Positions 25,535 to 33,975 of a stretch of 64,000 nucleotides of DNA are shown one piece after another. The stretch comes from Solirubrobacteraceae bacterium (lineage in GTDB: Bacteria; Actinomycetota; Thermoleophilia; Solirubrobacterales; Solirubrobacteraceae): positions 26,448 to 90,447 of the forward strand of contig DATHNT010000013.1 in NCBI GenBank assembly GCA_035485715.1. Reading direction: 5' to 3'. The notes under the pieces are model-generated. The model did no database searches, was not told where the DNA came from, and was given only the letters and a program-made list of their open reading frames with translations. The translations under genes and the position numbers were made by a program. How positions within the stretch are numbered: position 1 is the stretch's first letter; each line of letters begins with the position of its first letter.

Positions 25535-26416
25535 ATGACCGACGCGGTGCGTACCCCGGACGAGCTGCTTGAAGGTCTCCCCGACTTTCCCTTCGAGGCG
25601 CACTATCGCGAGCACGACGGGCTGCGCCTCGCCCACGTTGACGAGGGTGAGGGCGCTCCGGTGCTTTTCATGCACGGCGAGCCCACCTGGTCGTTTCTGT
25701 GGCGCAAGGTGCTCGCGCCGGTCAGAGACGCCGGCTTCCGCTGCATCGCGCCCGACCTGCCCGGCTTCGGACGCTCGGATAAGCCGATCGACATCGACTG
25801 GTACTCCTACGACCGTCACGTGGCGGCAGTCGCTGCCCTGATCGAGGAGTTGGACGTGCGCAAAGCCACCATGGTCGTGCACGACCAGGGCGGTCCGATC
25901 GGGCTGCGCCTGGCGGTCGAGCATCCCGAGCGCTTCGAGCGGCTGGTGATCCTCGACACCGGACTGTTCACCGGCCACCAGAAGATGAGCGAGGCGTGGA
26001 CTGCATTTCGAGACTTTGTGGAGCGCACCGAGGACCTGCCGGTCGGCTTCCTTGTGCGGGGCGCCTGCAAGAACGATCCTGGCGACGAGGTGATCGCCGC
26101 CTATGAGGCGCCCTACCCGAGCGTCGCGTCCAAGGCGGGGGCGCGAGCCTTCCCGTTGATGATCCCGCATGAGCCTGACGCGCCGGGCGCCGCCGCCGGC
26201 CGGCGCGTGCTCGAGGCGCTCAAAGACGACAAGCGTCCGACGCTGATGTTGTGGGCCGACTCCGACCCGGTGCTACCGCTCGCCACCGGCGAGCGCTTCG
26301 CCGAGGCGATCGGTCGTGAGAAGCCACGCGTGATCGAGAACGCCTCGCACTTCCTACAGGAGGACGCGGGGCCCGAGATCGGCCGTCAGATCGCCGAGTG
26401 GCTCACGGCTGGGTGA
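25535..26416 (+). CDS. Haloalkane-dehalogenase-like alpha/beta hydrolase
   Basis: MTDAVRTPDE, HGEPTWSFLWR, PDLPGFGRSDKP, VHDQGG, SHFLQED. Confidence 0.85.
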   Translation: MTDAVRTPDELLEGLPDFPFEAHYREHDGLRLAHVDEGEGAPVLFMHGEPTWSFLWRKVLAPVRDAGFRCIAPDLPGFGRSDKPIDIDWYSYDRHVAAVAALIEELDVRKATMVVHDQGGPIGLRLAVEHPERFERLVILDTGLFTGHQKMSEAWTAFRDFVERTEDLPVGFLVRGACKNDPGDEVIAAYEAPYPSVASKAGARAFPLMIPHEPDAPGAAAGRRVLEALKDDKRPTLMLWADSDPVLPLATGERFAEAIGREKPRVIENASHFLQEDAGPEIGRQIAEWLTAG

Positions 26417-26427
26417 TCGCAAATGGC

Positions 26428-26465
26428 ATGCCCCCACGCGCGCGCCGGGGGCATCGCCCTTTTTC
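26428..26465 (+). terminator. Intrinsic terminator
   Basis: ATGCCCCC-N11-GGGGGCAT followed by CGCCCTTTTTC. Confidence 0.7.
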
Positions 26466-26509
26466 TTAGCCGACCCTGACTCAGCAGTCTCAGCCCCAGC
26501 GTCTCTTCC

Positions 26510-27406
26510 TCAACTGCCTCCGTCAGTCAACTGCACCTTCTCCGGCGCGGGAGCCAAGGCCGGCTCGGACTTGGAGGCGCGCAGTTCGTAGCCGCGGCGT
26601 GCGCTCGCGTCGGCCCCGGCCAGCACCTGGTCTGCCTTCAGCGCACGTGCCATCCCCTCCGAGAGTCGTCGCGGCAGCAGCACCCCCAGCGTGCTCGTGC
26701 GCTTGGCAGACTTCGGCACCCACACTTCCACACGGCCAGTCTGCAGAGCCTCGACGATCGCGTCGGCCACTTCGGTCGGCTGCAGTACCTTCATCCCGCG
26801 CGCCTGGCCAAGCCCGCCACCCAGTTCGGTGTTGACGACGAACGGCATCACGTAGCTGATGTCGACGTTGGCCTTCATCAAGCGCAACTCGCCGCGCACC
26901 GCCTCGCTGAGGCCGACGACCGCGTGCTTGGTCGCCGAGTAGGTGGCGCCGCCGGGCGCCCCGAACTTGCCGGCCTGGGAGGAGATGTTGACGATGTGGC
27001 CACGGTCGCGCGGGACCATCCGCTCCATGGCAAGCTTCGTCCCCAGGATCACCCCGTGCAGGTTGATGTCGACCATGCGCCGTGCGGTGAGGTCGTCCTC
27101 GTCGATGAAGCGCCCGATCGGCATGATGCCGGCGTTGTTGACGAGCACGTCGATCGGACCCAGCTGCTCTTCGGCCCTGTCGAGGAACGCGGCGAACGAC
27201 GCGCGATCGGTCACGTCGAGCGCCAGCGCCACGGTGCTGGGCCCGAGTTCCTTCGCGGTCTCCTGGGCAGCGGCAAGGTCGACGTCGCCGACCGCCACCT
27301 TCATTCCCTGGCGCAGGAGCGCCCGCGCGGTCGCCTTGCCGATCCCGCGCGCCGAGCCGGTGATCGCCGCGGTCTGGCCGGCGAGGATACGGGGCTGCTT
27401 GGCCAT
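26510..27406 (-). CDS. Short-chain dehydrogenase/reductase
   Basis: TGSARGIG, VNNAGIM, YSATK; RBS AGGAGG. Confidence 0.92.
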   Translation of the reverse strand: MAKQPRILAGQTAAITGSARGIGKATARALLRQGMKVAVGDVDLAAAQETAKELGPSTVALALDVTDRASFAAFLDRAEEQLGPIDVLVNNAGIMPIGRFIDEDDLTARRMVDINLHGVILGTKLAMERMVPRDRGHIVNISSQAGKFGAPGGATYSATKHAVVGLSEAVRGELRLMKANVDISYVMPFVVNTELGGGLGQARGMKVLQPTEVADAIVEALQTGRVEVWVPKSAKRTSTLGVLLPRRLSEGMARALKADQVLAGADASARRGYELRASKSEPALAPAPEKVQLTDGGS

Positions 27407-27451
27407 GCTGTCTCCTCCTGAAAATTGGTTGTGCAGCCAAAGCTAGCGCGC

Positions 27452-27707
27452 AAACGAAAACACCGCATCTTCCGGGGTCGTGCGGGGTTCTACGTGCAGA
27501 CCATCCCATCAGGCCTGTGGATGGTCCCGGAGGGGGGCCGGACCCGGACGATCCACGGCTTCGTCCGGGTCCGCGTATCGGACGTCACGCGGGGTGGGGG
27601 GGCCCGCGAGACGCCCTTCGATGCTCCGCTGACCCCCCGTTGACCGCTGCTGGTTCGGGACGGGTCGTGGGCATAGCCCAAACTCCCGTGCACGCAAAGG
27701 GGGTGTA
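27452..27707 (-). ncRNA. Structured ncRNA candidate with two C-run loops (6C-like)
   Basis: TATGTT -10 (27714-27719); several stacked hairpins, including C7- and C6-loop stems; U-rich 3' end. No credible ORF. Confidence 0.5.
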
Positions 27708-27785
27708 TTTCTGAACATACGTATCGTGGAATCGGAACAGACTGAGCCGCGGGCGGTACACACCCCGCCGCGCTAGGCTTCAACG

Positions 27786-28703
27786 GTGGCGTCGTTTCTC
27801 TTCCATCACCAGCGCATCGCCTACACGGAGTTCGGTGGAGGCCCAGCGGAGCTGAAGAGCGACGGTACGCGTGGCAAGACACCACGACGGGCCAAGGCCG
27901 CCAAGCGGCCCGTGATTCTCGTGCACGGCTTGCTGCTCTCCCAGAAGATGCACAAGCCGCTTGCCAAAGAGCTGGCGGCGCGCGGCAACCGTGTGATCAC
28001 GGTCGATCTGCTCGGCCACGGCGAATCCGATCGTCCCCGCGACATGTGGCGCTATTCGATGCACTCCTTCGCCGAGCAGCTCGTGGCCTTGATGGATCAT
28101 CTGGAGATCGGAGAGGCGGTCGTGATGGGCACTTCGCTCGGCGCAAACGCCGCGCTTCAGGTGGCCGCAACCGCGCCGGAGAGGCTGCGCGGGATGGTCA
28201 TCGAGATGCCGGTGCTCGACAACGGGCTGCTCTCCAGCGCCTTGACCTTCACTCCTATCCTGGTGGCGCTCACTTTCGGCGAGCCGCTGATGAAGCTTGT
28301 CGCGCGCGGCACCCGTGCGGTGCCGCGCCGGCTACTGCCCTACTACGGCAACGTGATCCTCGACCTCGTGCGCCAAGAGCCCGGTCCAGGCGGCGCGCTG
28401 TTGCAAGGTCTCTTCTTCGGGCGCATCGCGCCCCACCGAAACGAACGGCGCACCTTCAAGACGCCCACGCTCGTGCTCGGGCACCGGCGCGACCCCGTTC
28501 ATCCCTTCTCAGACGCGGGAATGCTGGCCGCGGAGTTGCCCGATGCCCGCCTGATCGAAGCAGACTCGCTCGTCGAGTTGCGCCTGCGCCCAGAACGGCT
28601 TACAGACGAGATCGCCGGCTTCCTCGACGAGGTGTGGACTACAAAGCCGCGCCGCGCCAGGTCGACGCGCAGCACACGAGCGAAACGCGTCTCCTCACCC
28701 TGA
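27786..28703 (+). CDS. Alpha/beta hydrolase
   Basis: LVHGLL, VDLLGHGES, GTSLG nucleophile elbow. TAGGCT 6 nt upstream of the GTG. Confidence 0.88.
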   Translation: MASFLFHHQRIAYTEFGGGPAELKSDGTRGKTPRRAKAAKRPVILVHGLLLSQKMHKPLAKELAARGNRVITVDLLGHGESDRPRDMWRYSMHSFAEQLVALMDHLEIGEAVVMGTSLGANAALQVAATAPERLRGMVIEMPVLDNGLLSSALTFTPILVALTFGEPLMKLVARGTRAVPRRLLPYYGNVILDLVRQEPGPGGALLQGLFFGRIAPHRNERRTFKTPTLVLGHRRDPVHPFSDAGMLAAELPDARLIEADSLVELRLRPERLTDEIAGFLDEVWTTKPRRARSTRSTRAKRVSSP

Positions 28704-28710
28704 CCCGCCG

Positions 28711-28822
28711 CCCTGACGGTCGGGGGGCAAGCCAGACAAGGACGCACCGACCGCCGACCGCCGTGTGCTTCAGCACACAAGGAGGGAGGACGCCGTATGG
28801 CGCCGCTCCCCGACCGTCAGGG
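28711..28822. repeat. 112-bp element with perfect 15-bp terminal inverted repeats
   Basis: CCCTGACGGTCGGGG (28711-28725) and CCCCGACCGTCAGGG (28808-28822), with inner hairpins GTGTGCT-TC-AGCACAC and CGCC-GTAT-GGCG; lies between convergent genes. Confidence 0.8.
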
Positions 28823-28824
28823 TC

Positions 28825-29940
28825 TTACTTCGGCGGGAAGAGTTCGAATTCGTTGATGGAGACGCTGCCCGGGTTCGCGGCTGTCGAGGTAGCCGGGGCC
28901 TTGGCCAGCCACAGCAGGATGTAGCGGTAGCCCTTGCCTTTGGTCTTCAACTTGAGCGTGGTGCTTTTCTTCTTCAAGACTTTCAGCCCGACGATGCGAG
29001 CCCAGGCCGGATCGGAGATCGACGCCGGCGGCGTACTGCCGTTCGTTCCATAGACTTCCACGGTGATTCCCGTGGTCGTCGTCTTGACGACAGTGCTTCC
29101 CAGCTTCTGCGGGTTCTTCAGGTCGAGCAGCAGTCCCTCGGCCATCTTGGGAGCGTTTTCGGTCTGTACCTGGGCCGTCCAAGCGGTGCTCGCTTCCCCG
29201 TCGATCGCGAGGCTGGGATCGCCGAACAGCGAAGGCGGGTAGTTGTAAGGGTTGTAGACGCTGGCCGCGTTCGTGTCGAGCAGGATCGGGCTCGGCGCTT
29301 CGGATTCGGCGCCTGTGTTCGTTTCGGAGCTGCTTGTTTCTTTGCTTTCGCTCGTGCTTTTCGTCGGTTCGCTGGTGGTTTTGGTCGGTTCGCTCGTGGT
29401 ATCGGTGGTTTTCGTTTCGGGCGGGAACAGCGCGTTGTTGGCTTCGCTGTCCGCGCCGCTCGTCGATTTGGGCGTCGGCGTTTGCAGAGGGATCTTCGGC
29501 GGGGTGGCTTTGACCGTCGTGGGCGTGCCCGGAACCGGGGTGGCACCAGGAGTCGAGGCGGCGCCCGGAGTCGTCGGCGTGGTTGTGGCGGGCACACCCG
29601 CTGCCGGAGTTTTTATGACCAGTGCCACAGCCGAGGACTTCGGCTTGGTCTTGTTCAATGCTGCGTACGCAGCCACCGCAGCGCCGCAAACGAGCACCGC
29701 TGTCGCCCCAAGGATCGCGATGCCCGTGCGCCAGCCCGGACCGCCGCCGAAAAGGCGTGGCTTGGCTGTGCCGCACTGCAGACACCAGTCCTGGCCCTCC
29801 TGCATCGGCAGCCCACATTTCGAGCACTGATAAGGCGCAGGAGCCGGGTCGGGCTGGGACCCGTTTGGGTCGATACCATTGGACTTCGCCGACTGCTCCG
29901 GCGAGCCCTCAGACCCTGGCTTCGTAAGCAAGGAACTCAC
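28825..29940 (-). CDS. Zinc-ribbon + TM + Thr/Pro/Ser linker + discoidin (F5/8)-like extracellular domain protein
   Basis: CSKC-x10-CLQC, one TM helix, low-complexity linker; C-terminus AIDG..TAW...GLLLDL...RYILLW..SINEFEL. Confidence 0.75.
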   Translation of the reverse strand: MSSLLTKPGSEGSPEQSAKSNGIDPNGSQPDPAPAPYQCSKCGLPMQEGQDWCLQCGTAKPRLFGGGPGWRTGIAILGATAVLVCGAAVAAYAALNKTKPKSSAVALVIKTPAAGVPATTTPTTPGAASTPGATPVPGTPTTVKATPPKIPLQTPTPKSTSGADSEANNALFPPETKTTDTTSEPTKTTSEPTKSTSESKETSSSETNTGAESEAPSPILLDTNAASVYNPYNYPPSLFGDPSLAIDGEASTAWTAQVQTENAPKMAEGLLLDLKNPQKLGSTVVKTTTTGITVEVYGTNGSTPPASISDPAWARIVGLKVLKKKSTTLKLKTKGKGYRYILLWLAKAPATSTAANPGSVSINEFELFPPK

Positions 29941-29969
29941 TATCGACCATTCTTACATCTCAGAGCCGA

Positions 29970-30950
29970 TCAACCTGCCGGCAGGATCTGTTTGTCGGTT
30001 GGCTGCATCCGCTCGTCCAGCTCCAGCTGCCAGTAGTAGCGCGTGAATGTGACCTCACGGCGATACTCGCCGACGTGCGAGGGCACGTGCTCGCCGGCGG
30101 CCATGCGCACGATCAGCTCGGGGTAGGAGCGGCCGGACAGGGCTGCCAACGCCGGCGCAGGGAAAGCTCCGCCGAAGCGCGTGTTGACATCGGTGATGCG
30201 CACGCCCAACTCCGGGTCGCGGAACACCTGGATCGTGGCGGGACCGCGCACCGCGAGCGCCTGCATCGCACTGCAACCCAACTCGACGAGCTCGGGGTCG
30301 TCGATCACGGTGCCCTTGATCGACTCGCCGCCACGCGACTCGAGCATCGTGCGCGGAATCGCGTTCAGGCAACGCCCATCCAGATCGCCGAGACAGTCGA
30401 TCGAGAGCTCCGGGCCTCCCATTGCCTGCTGCACCATAGTGGGCTCATCCACGTAGTCCACAAAGAAGCGAGCCTGCTCCGGGCTGTGCGCGAGATGGAT
30501 CGAGCGTGCGCCGGAGCCCTTCCGCGGCTTGACCATGACCGGATAGTGGAGGGCATCGAGGTCGTCATCGGGCAGCACCGTCGGAGGCGACGGCAGGCCG
30601 AGGCGCTCGAGCAGCAAATGCGCCTCGTACTTGTCGTAGGTGGCATGCGCCACCTGCGAGGAGGGGACGAGCGCCGGAAGCAGGCCCTGCTCACGCGCCA
30701 GCGCGAGCGTCTCGATGTCGAGGTCTGTCAGCGGCAGCACTGCGCCTACTCCGTATTCGGCGCATAGGCGTGCAAGCTCGGGCACATAGCCCGGGTCTGC
30801 GATCGGTGGCGGACTGACACGCACCTGCGCCGCGTACCGAGCAGGAGCCAGCGGGTTTGGGTCGACCGCTACCACTGTCGTAAGAGCGGCGAAGCAGGAA
30901 ACGATGTCGTAGCGCTTGCCGACGCCCGTGAGCATGATGCTCGGGGTCAT
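29970..30950 (-). CDS. ATP-grasp domain protein (polysaccharide-locus type)
   Basis: DKYEAH, YPVMVKPRKGSGA, QQAMGGPELSID, DVNTRFGGAFP. ATGA overlap with upstream gene. Confidence 0.88.
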   Translation of the reverse strand: MTPSIMLTGVGKRYDIVSCFAALTTVVAVDPNPLAPARYAAQVRVSPPPIADPGYVPELARLCAEYGVGAVLPLTDLDIETLALAREQGLLPALVPSSQVAHATYDKYEAHLLLERLGLPSPPTVLPDDDLDALHYPVMVKPRKGSGARSIHLAHSPEQARFFVDYVDEPTMVQQAMGGPELSIDCLGDLDGRCLNAIPRTMLESRGGESIKGTVIDDPELVELGCSAMQALAVRGPATIQVFRDPELGVRITDVNTRFGGAFPAPALAALSGRSYPELIVRMAAGEHVPSHVGEYRREVTFTRYYWQLELDERMQPTDKQILPAG

Positions 30951-31531
30951 TCCCATCCTCCCGTCTGGCCCTTGTAGAGACCCGAGCCACCGAGCACGAT
31001 CGCTACGGTGCGCCACAGGATACGTGCGTCGAGCGCGAGCGATCGGTGTTCGATGTAGTAGAGGTCGAGCTCGATGCGCTCGCTCCAGGGCAGCGCGGCA
31101 CGGCCGTTGACCTGGGCCCAGCCGGTGATGCCAGGCCTGATCGCAAGCCGGCCGCGCTGGCGCTCTGTGTAGCGGGCCACCTGCACCGGGATCGTTGGGC
31201 GCGGGCCGATGAACGACAGCTCGCCGCGCACCACGCCCAGCAGGTTGGGCAGCTCATCCAGCGAAGTCCGACGCAAGAGGGCCCCAACGCGCGTGACTCG
31301 AGGGTCGTTCTCGTTGATCGCTAGGCCCGCGCCCACGTGCTCGGCACCATCGACCATCGTGCGCAGCTTGAGCAGGTCGAACTCTTGACCGTCCTTGCCG
31401 ACGCGCCGTTGACGGTAGATCGGGTGCCCGCGCGACTCCAGCCTGATGGCGAGCATCGCTACCGCGATCACGGGCGCGGCCACGATCAGCGCGAGCGTGC
31501 CGAGGACGATGTCGATCGTGCGTCGGATCAT
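30947..31531 (-). CDS. Bacterial sugar transferase (polyprenyl-phosphate phosphoglycosyl transferase, PglC/WcaJ C-domain)
   Basis: RRTIDI, KLRTM, NDPRVT, RTSLDELP, SFIGPRP, PGITGWAQVNGR, DLYYI. Confidence 0.93.
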   Translation of the reverse strand: MIRRTIDIVLGTLALIVAAPVIAVAMLAIRLESRGHPIYRQRRVGKDGQEFDLLKLRTMVDGAEHVGAGLAINENDPRVTRVGALLRRTSLDELPNLLGVVRGELSFIGPRPTIPVQVARYTERQRGRLAIRPGITGWAQVNGRAALPWSERIELDLYYIEHRSLALDARILWRTVAIVLGGSGLYKGQTGGWE

Positions 31532-32703
31532 CTGGTCCCCTCCGCCGCTTCCCACGAAGGGGCAGTGCCATGGCGTAGCCAATCCCACAGGCCGGCGGCG
31601 GCGGCGAGCGTCGTGAGGAAGTAGTAGCGCGCGATCAAAAGGGGCCGCACACGTATCAAACCGCCAATCCCGGCGGAGGCGCCGAGGACGACCTGGAGGA
31701 TAAGGGTGATTTCATAGACGCCTCTGGTCCCGCCCGCCACGAGCGCAATGTTGGCGAGGAAGGCAAAGACGTGCAAAAAAGGGGTCAGGTAGCGCAAAAG
31801 CCGGTGGGAGAAGATCATCCCGGCGTAGCCGAAGGTGTAGCCGTGCGGGGAAAGCATGCCACCGCGCAGGACGATCGGCCACGTGTGGCTCATCATGCGC
31901 CGCTTGCGCCGCCACTCGCCCTCGATCGAGGGGACCATCTTCTCGGTGGCACGGGCGCTCGACACGTATACGGCGCGCCAGCCGCGCTTGACCATGTTGA
32001 ACGGGAACGACAGGTCGTGGCCCATGATCGGATCGACCACGATGTAGGACTCGCGACGGGTCGCGTAGATGGCGCCGTTGCCGGCGGTAATCGACGACAG
32101 GCGCGACTCGCGCGCGCGCTGCGCCATCTCATAGCGCCAGTACACACCCTCCTGGTTGGTGGCCTGGGCGCCGTCTGCGCCCTGCACGAAGCGGACCTGT
32201 CCGCAGGCGTAGCCCACTTGCGGATCCGCGAACGCGGCCACGAGCTCTCCCAGTGCATCCGGCTCCCATTGGGAATTGGCGTCGGAGAAGGCGACGATCT
32301 CCCCGCTCGATCGCTCCACAGCCGTGTCCTGAGCGACGATCTTGCCAGCGCGCGGGAGCTCGAGTACGAGGTCGGCGCCTGCGTCGCTCGCATGCTTGGC
32401 AGTGGCGTCCGTGCAGCCGTCGCAGGCCACGATCACCTGCAGCAGCTCGCGCGGATAGTGCAGCGCGAGCGCATTGGCGACCTTGGCGCCGATCACTGCC
32501 TGCTCGTCGTGCGCGGCGACGATCAACGACACGCTTCGATTTGGAGGATTGGTTCGTGCCTCTTCCCCCACCGCGGCTTTTGGCGCTGGCGCGAACAAGC
32601 GGGCCAGCACAGCCAAGGCAAAGGCATAGCCCACCTGTGTCCACACGATCAGGACAGCCGAAGCCCAGAACACGATCTCGAGCGCTGTGCGCATGAACCG
32701 CAT
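31528..32703 (-). CDS. GT2 glycosyltransferase with TM helices
   Basis: [35 protein letters not shown]; TM at both ends. Confidence 0.9.
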   Translation of the reverse strand: MRFMRTALEIVFWASAVLIVWTQVGYAFALAVLARLFAPAPKAAVGEEARTNPPNRSVSLIVAAHDEQAVIGAKVANALALHYPRELLQVIVACDGCTDATAKHASDAGADLVLELPRAGKIVAQDTAVERSSGEIVAFSDANSQWEPDALGELVAAFADPQVGYACGQVRFVQGADGAQATNQEGVYWRYEMAQRARESRLSSITAGNGAIYATRRESYIVVDPIMGHDLSFPFNMVKRGWRAVYVSSARATEKMVPSIEGEWRRKRRMMSHTWPIVLRGGMLSPHGYTFGYAGMIFSHRLLRYLTPFLHVFAFLANIALVAGGTRGVYEITLILQVVLGASAGIGGLIRVRPLLIARYYFLTTLAAAAGLWDWLRHGTAPSWEAAEGTR

Positions 32704-32721
32704 TCTGTCCGAGCGCAGACG

Positions 32722-33957
32722 CTAGCGCCGCTCCCCTGCTCCGAGGAGGAGCTCATAGAGCTCGATGTGCGCCGCCGCGATTGCCTTCCAGGAGTAACGT
32801 CCATTGGCGGCTGCCCTGGCCCTCACGCACATTTCGGTCAGGGCGGCCTCATCGGCCAACATCTCTCTCAAGGCCTTCCCGAGCGCACGGGGATCGCCCG
32901 CCTCTACGATCCTCGCAGCACCGGTGCTCTGTATCTCGGGGAAACCGCCGACGTCGCTCAGCAGCAGCGGCTTGCCGAACGCGAGCGCCGTGAACAGGAC
33001 GCCCGACTGGTCGGCCTGCAGGTAGGGCAGCACCACCAGGTCGGCTCGTTCGAAATAGGCGGGCAGCTCCTCGTCGGTCACGAAGTGCGGGTCGAAGCTC
33101 ACGTTTGCTGGCGCGTCTGCCCGCAGTCCTGAGATGTCCATGCGCGGCATGCCCGCGATCAAGAGCTCGGCGTCCTCGATCGGCTCCTCGCCCGCTGCCC
33201 CACGCCAGGCGTCCAGCAGCACGTCGATGCCCTTGTAGGGACGCATCAGGCCGAACATGAGCACGGTTGGGCGCTTGGCCTTGGCTTGGGCGCTTTCAAA
33301 AACGGGTCCCCCCCCGCGCGCACGGGGGGCATCGTCTTTTTCGGATGTCCCGACCTCCGCGTCCAGCCCAGTCATCCCCGCCTGCCGCTCCCCAGAGATC
33401 CCCGGAGCAAGGTGCGTGAACACGCCGTGTGGGATCACATGGACGCGCTCGCCGTCGGCGCCCAGCTCGTCGATCAGGCGCTCGCGACCGTGCTCTGAGT
33501 GCACCACTATCGCGTCGAAGCGGTCGTACAGACGCTTCTGCGCGGACAGCTGGCCAGGCCGGGGCTCACGTGGGAGCACGTCGTGGGCGGTCAGCACCAG
33601 TGGACGACGGCGCCCGTCCGCTGTACGTCTCGCCGGCAGCAGACGGCCGTCGAGATGTTGCACCGCCAGCCACTGGAAATGGACTACGTCTGCCGACCGA
33701 GCCGCGTGGCGGTAGCGCAACATGTCCGGTACGTGCTGGGCAAGCTTGCTGAGCATGCGCACACGTCCACCTGGGGCGCCCAGCGCGGCTCGGTAGAAGA
33801 ACTCGTGGCGCACGTACCCATTGGGTTGCGCGACAGGCCCGTAGGGGAAGCGACTGGTGAACAACACCACCTCTGTGTCTGCTACCGCCAGCGCATCGCA
33901 GAGCGCATGGTCGTAGGGTGGTGTGTAGGAGGAGGGGTCGACGACGTGAACGCGCAC
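32722..33957 (-). CDS. GT4 glycosyltransferase
   Basis: [50 protein letters not shown] start at 33957. Confidence 0.9.
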   Translation of the reverse strand: MRVHVVDPSSYTPPYDHALCDALAVADTEVVLFTSRFPYGPVAQPNGYVRHEFFYRAALGAPGGRVRMLSKLAQHVPDMLRYRHAARSADVVHFQWLAVQHLDGRLLPARRTADGRRRPLVLTAHDVLPREPRPGQLSAQKRLYDRFDAIVVHSEHGRERLIDELGADGERVHVIPHGVFTHLAPGISGERQAGMTGLDAEVGTSEKDDAPRARGGGPVFESAQAKAKRPTVLMFGLMRPYKGIDVLLDAWRGAAGEEPIEDAELLIAGMPRMDISGLRADAPANVSFDPHFVTDEELPAYFERADLVVLPYLQADQSGVLFTALAFGKPLLLSDVGGFPEIQSTGAARIVEAGDPRALGKALREMLADEAALTEMCVRARAAANGRYSWKAIAAAHIELYELLLGAGERR

Positions 33958-33975
33958 CGGGGAAAGACAATACGG

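Noticed and set aside
24905-26170. 421-aa version of the cupredoxin
   Set aside because: The N-terminal 228 aa are antisense to the dehalogenase-like gene; the real start is about 25486.
27630-27710. c-di-GMP-I or c-di-AMP riboswitch, or SRP RNA
   Set aside because: Only fragments (ACGCAAAG, CCCGAACC) are present. The required motif order and P1 elements are absent, and there is no SRP GGAA/AGCAG loop.
33499-33975. N-terminal extensions of DUF2600 (33499), ATPase (34911), fhaA (62121), pknB (57278), kinase (63479) and GT (10414)
   Set aside because: They overlap neighbouring genes. Downstream starts have RBS or -10 support or overlap coupling, and match family N-termini.
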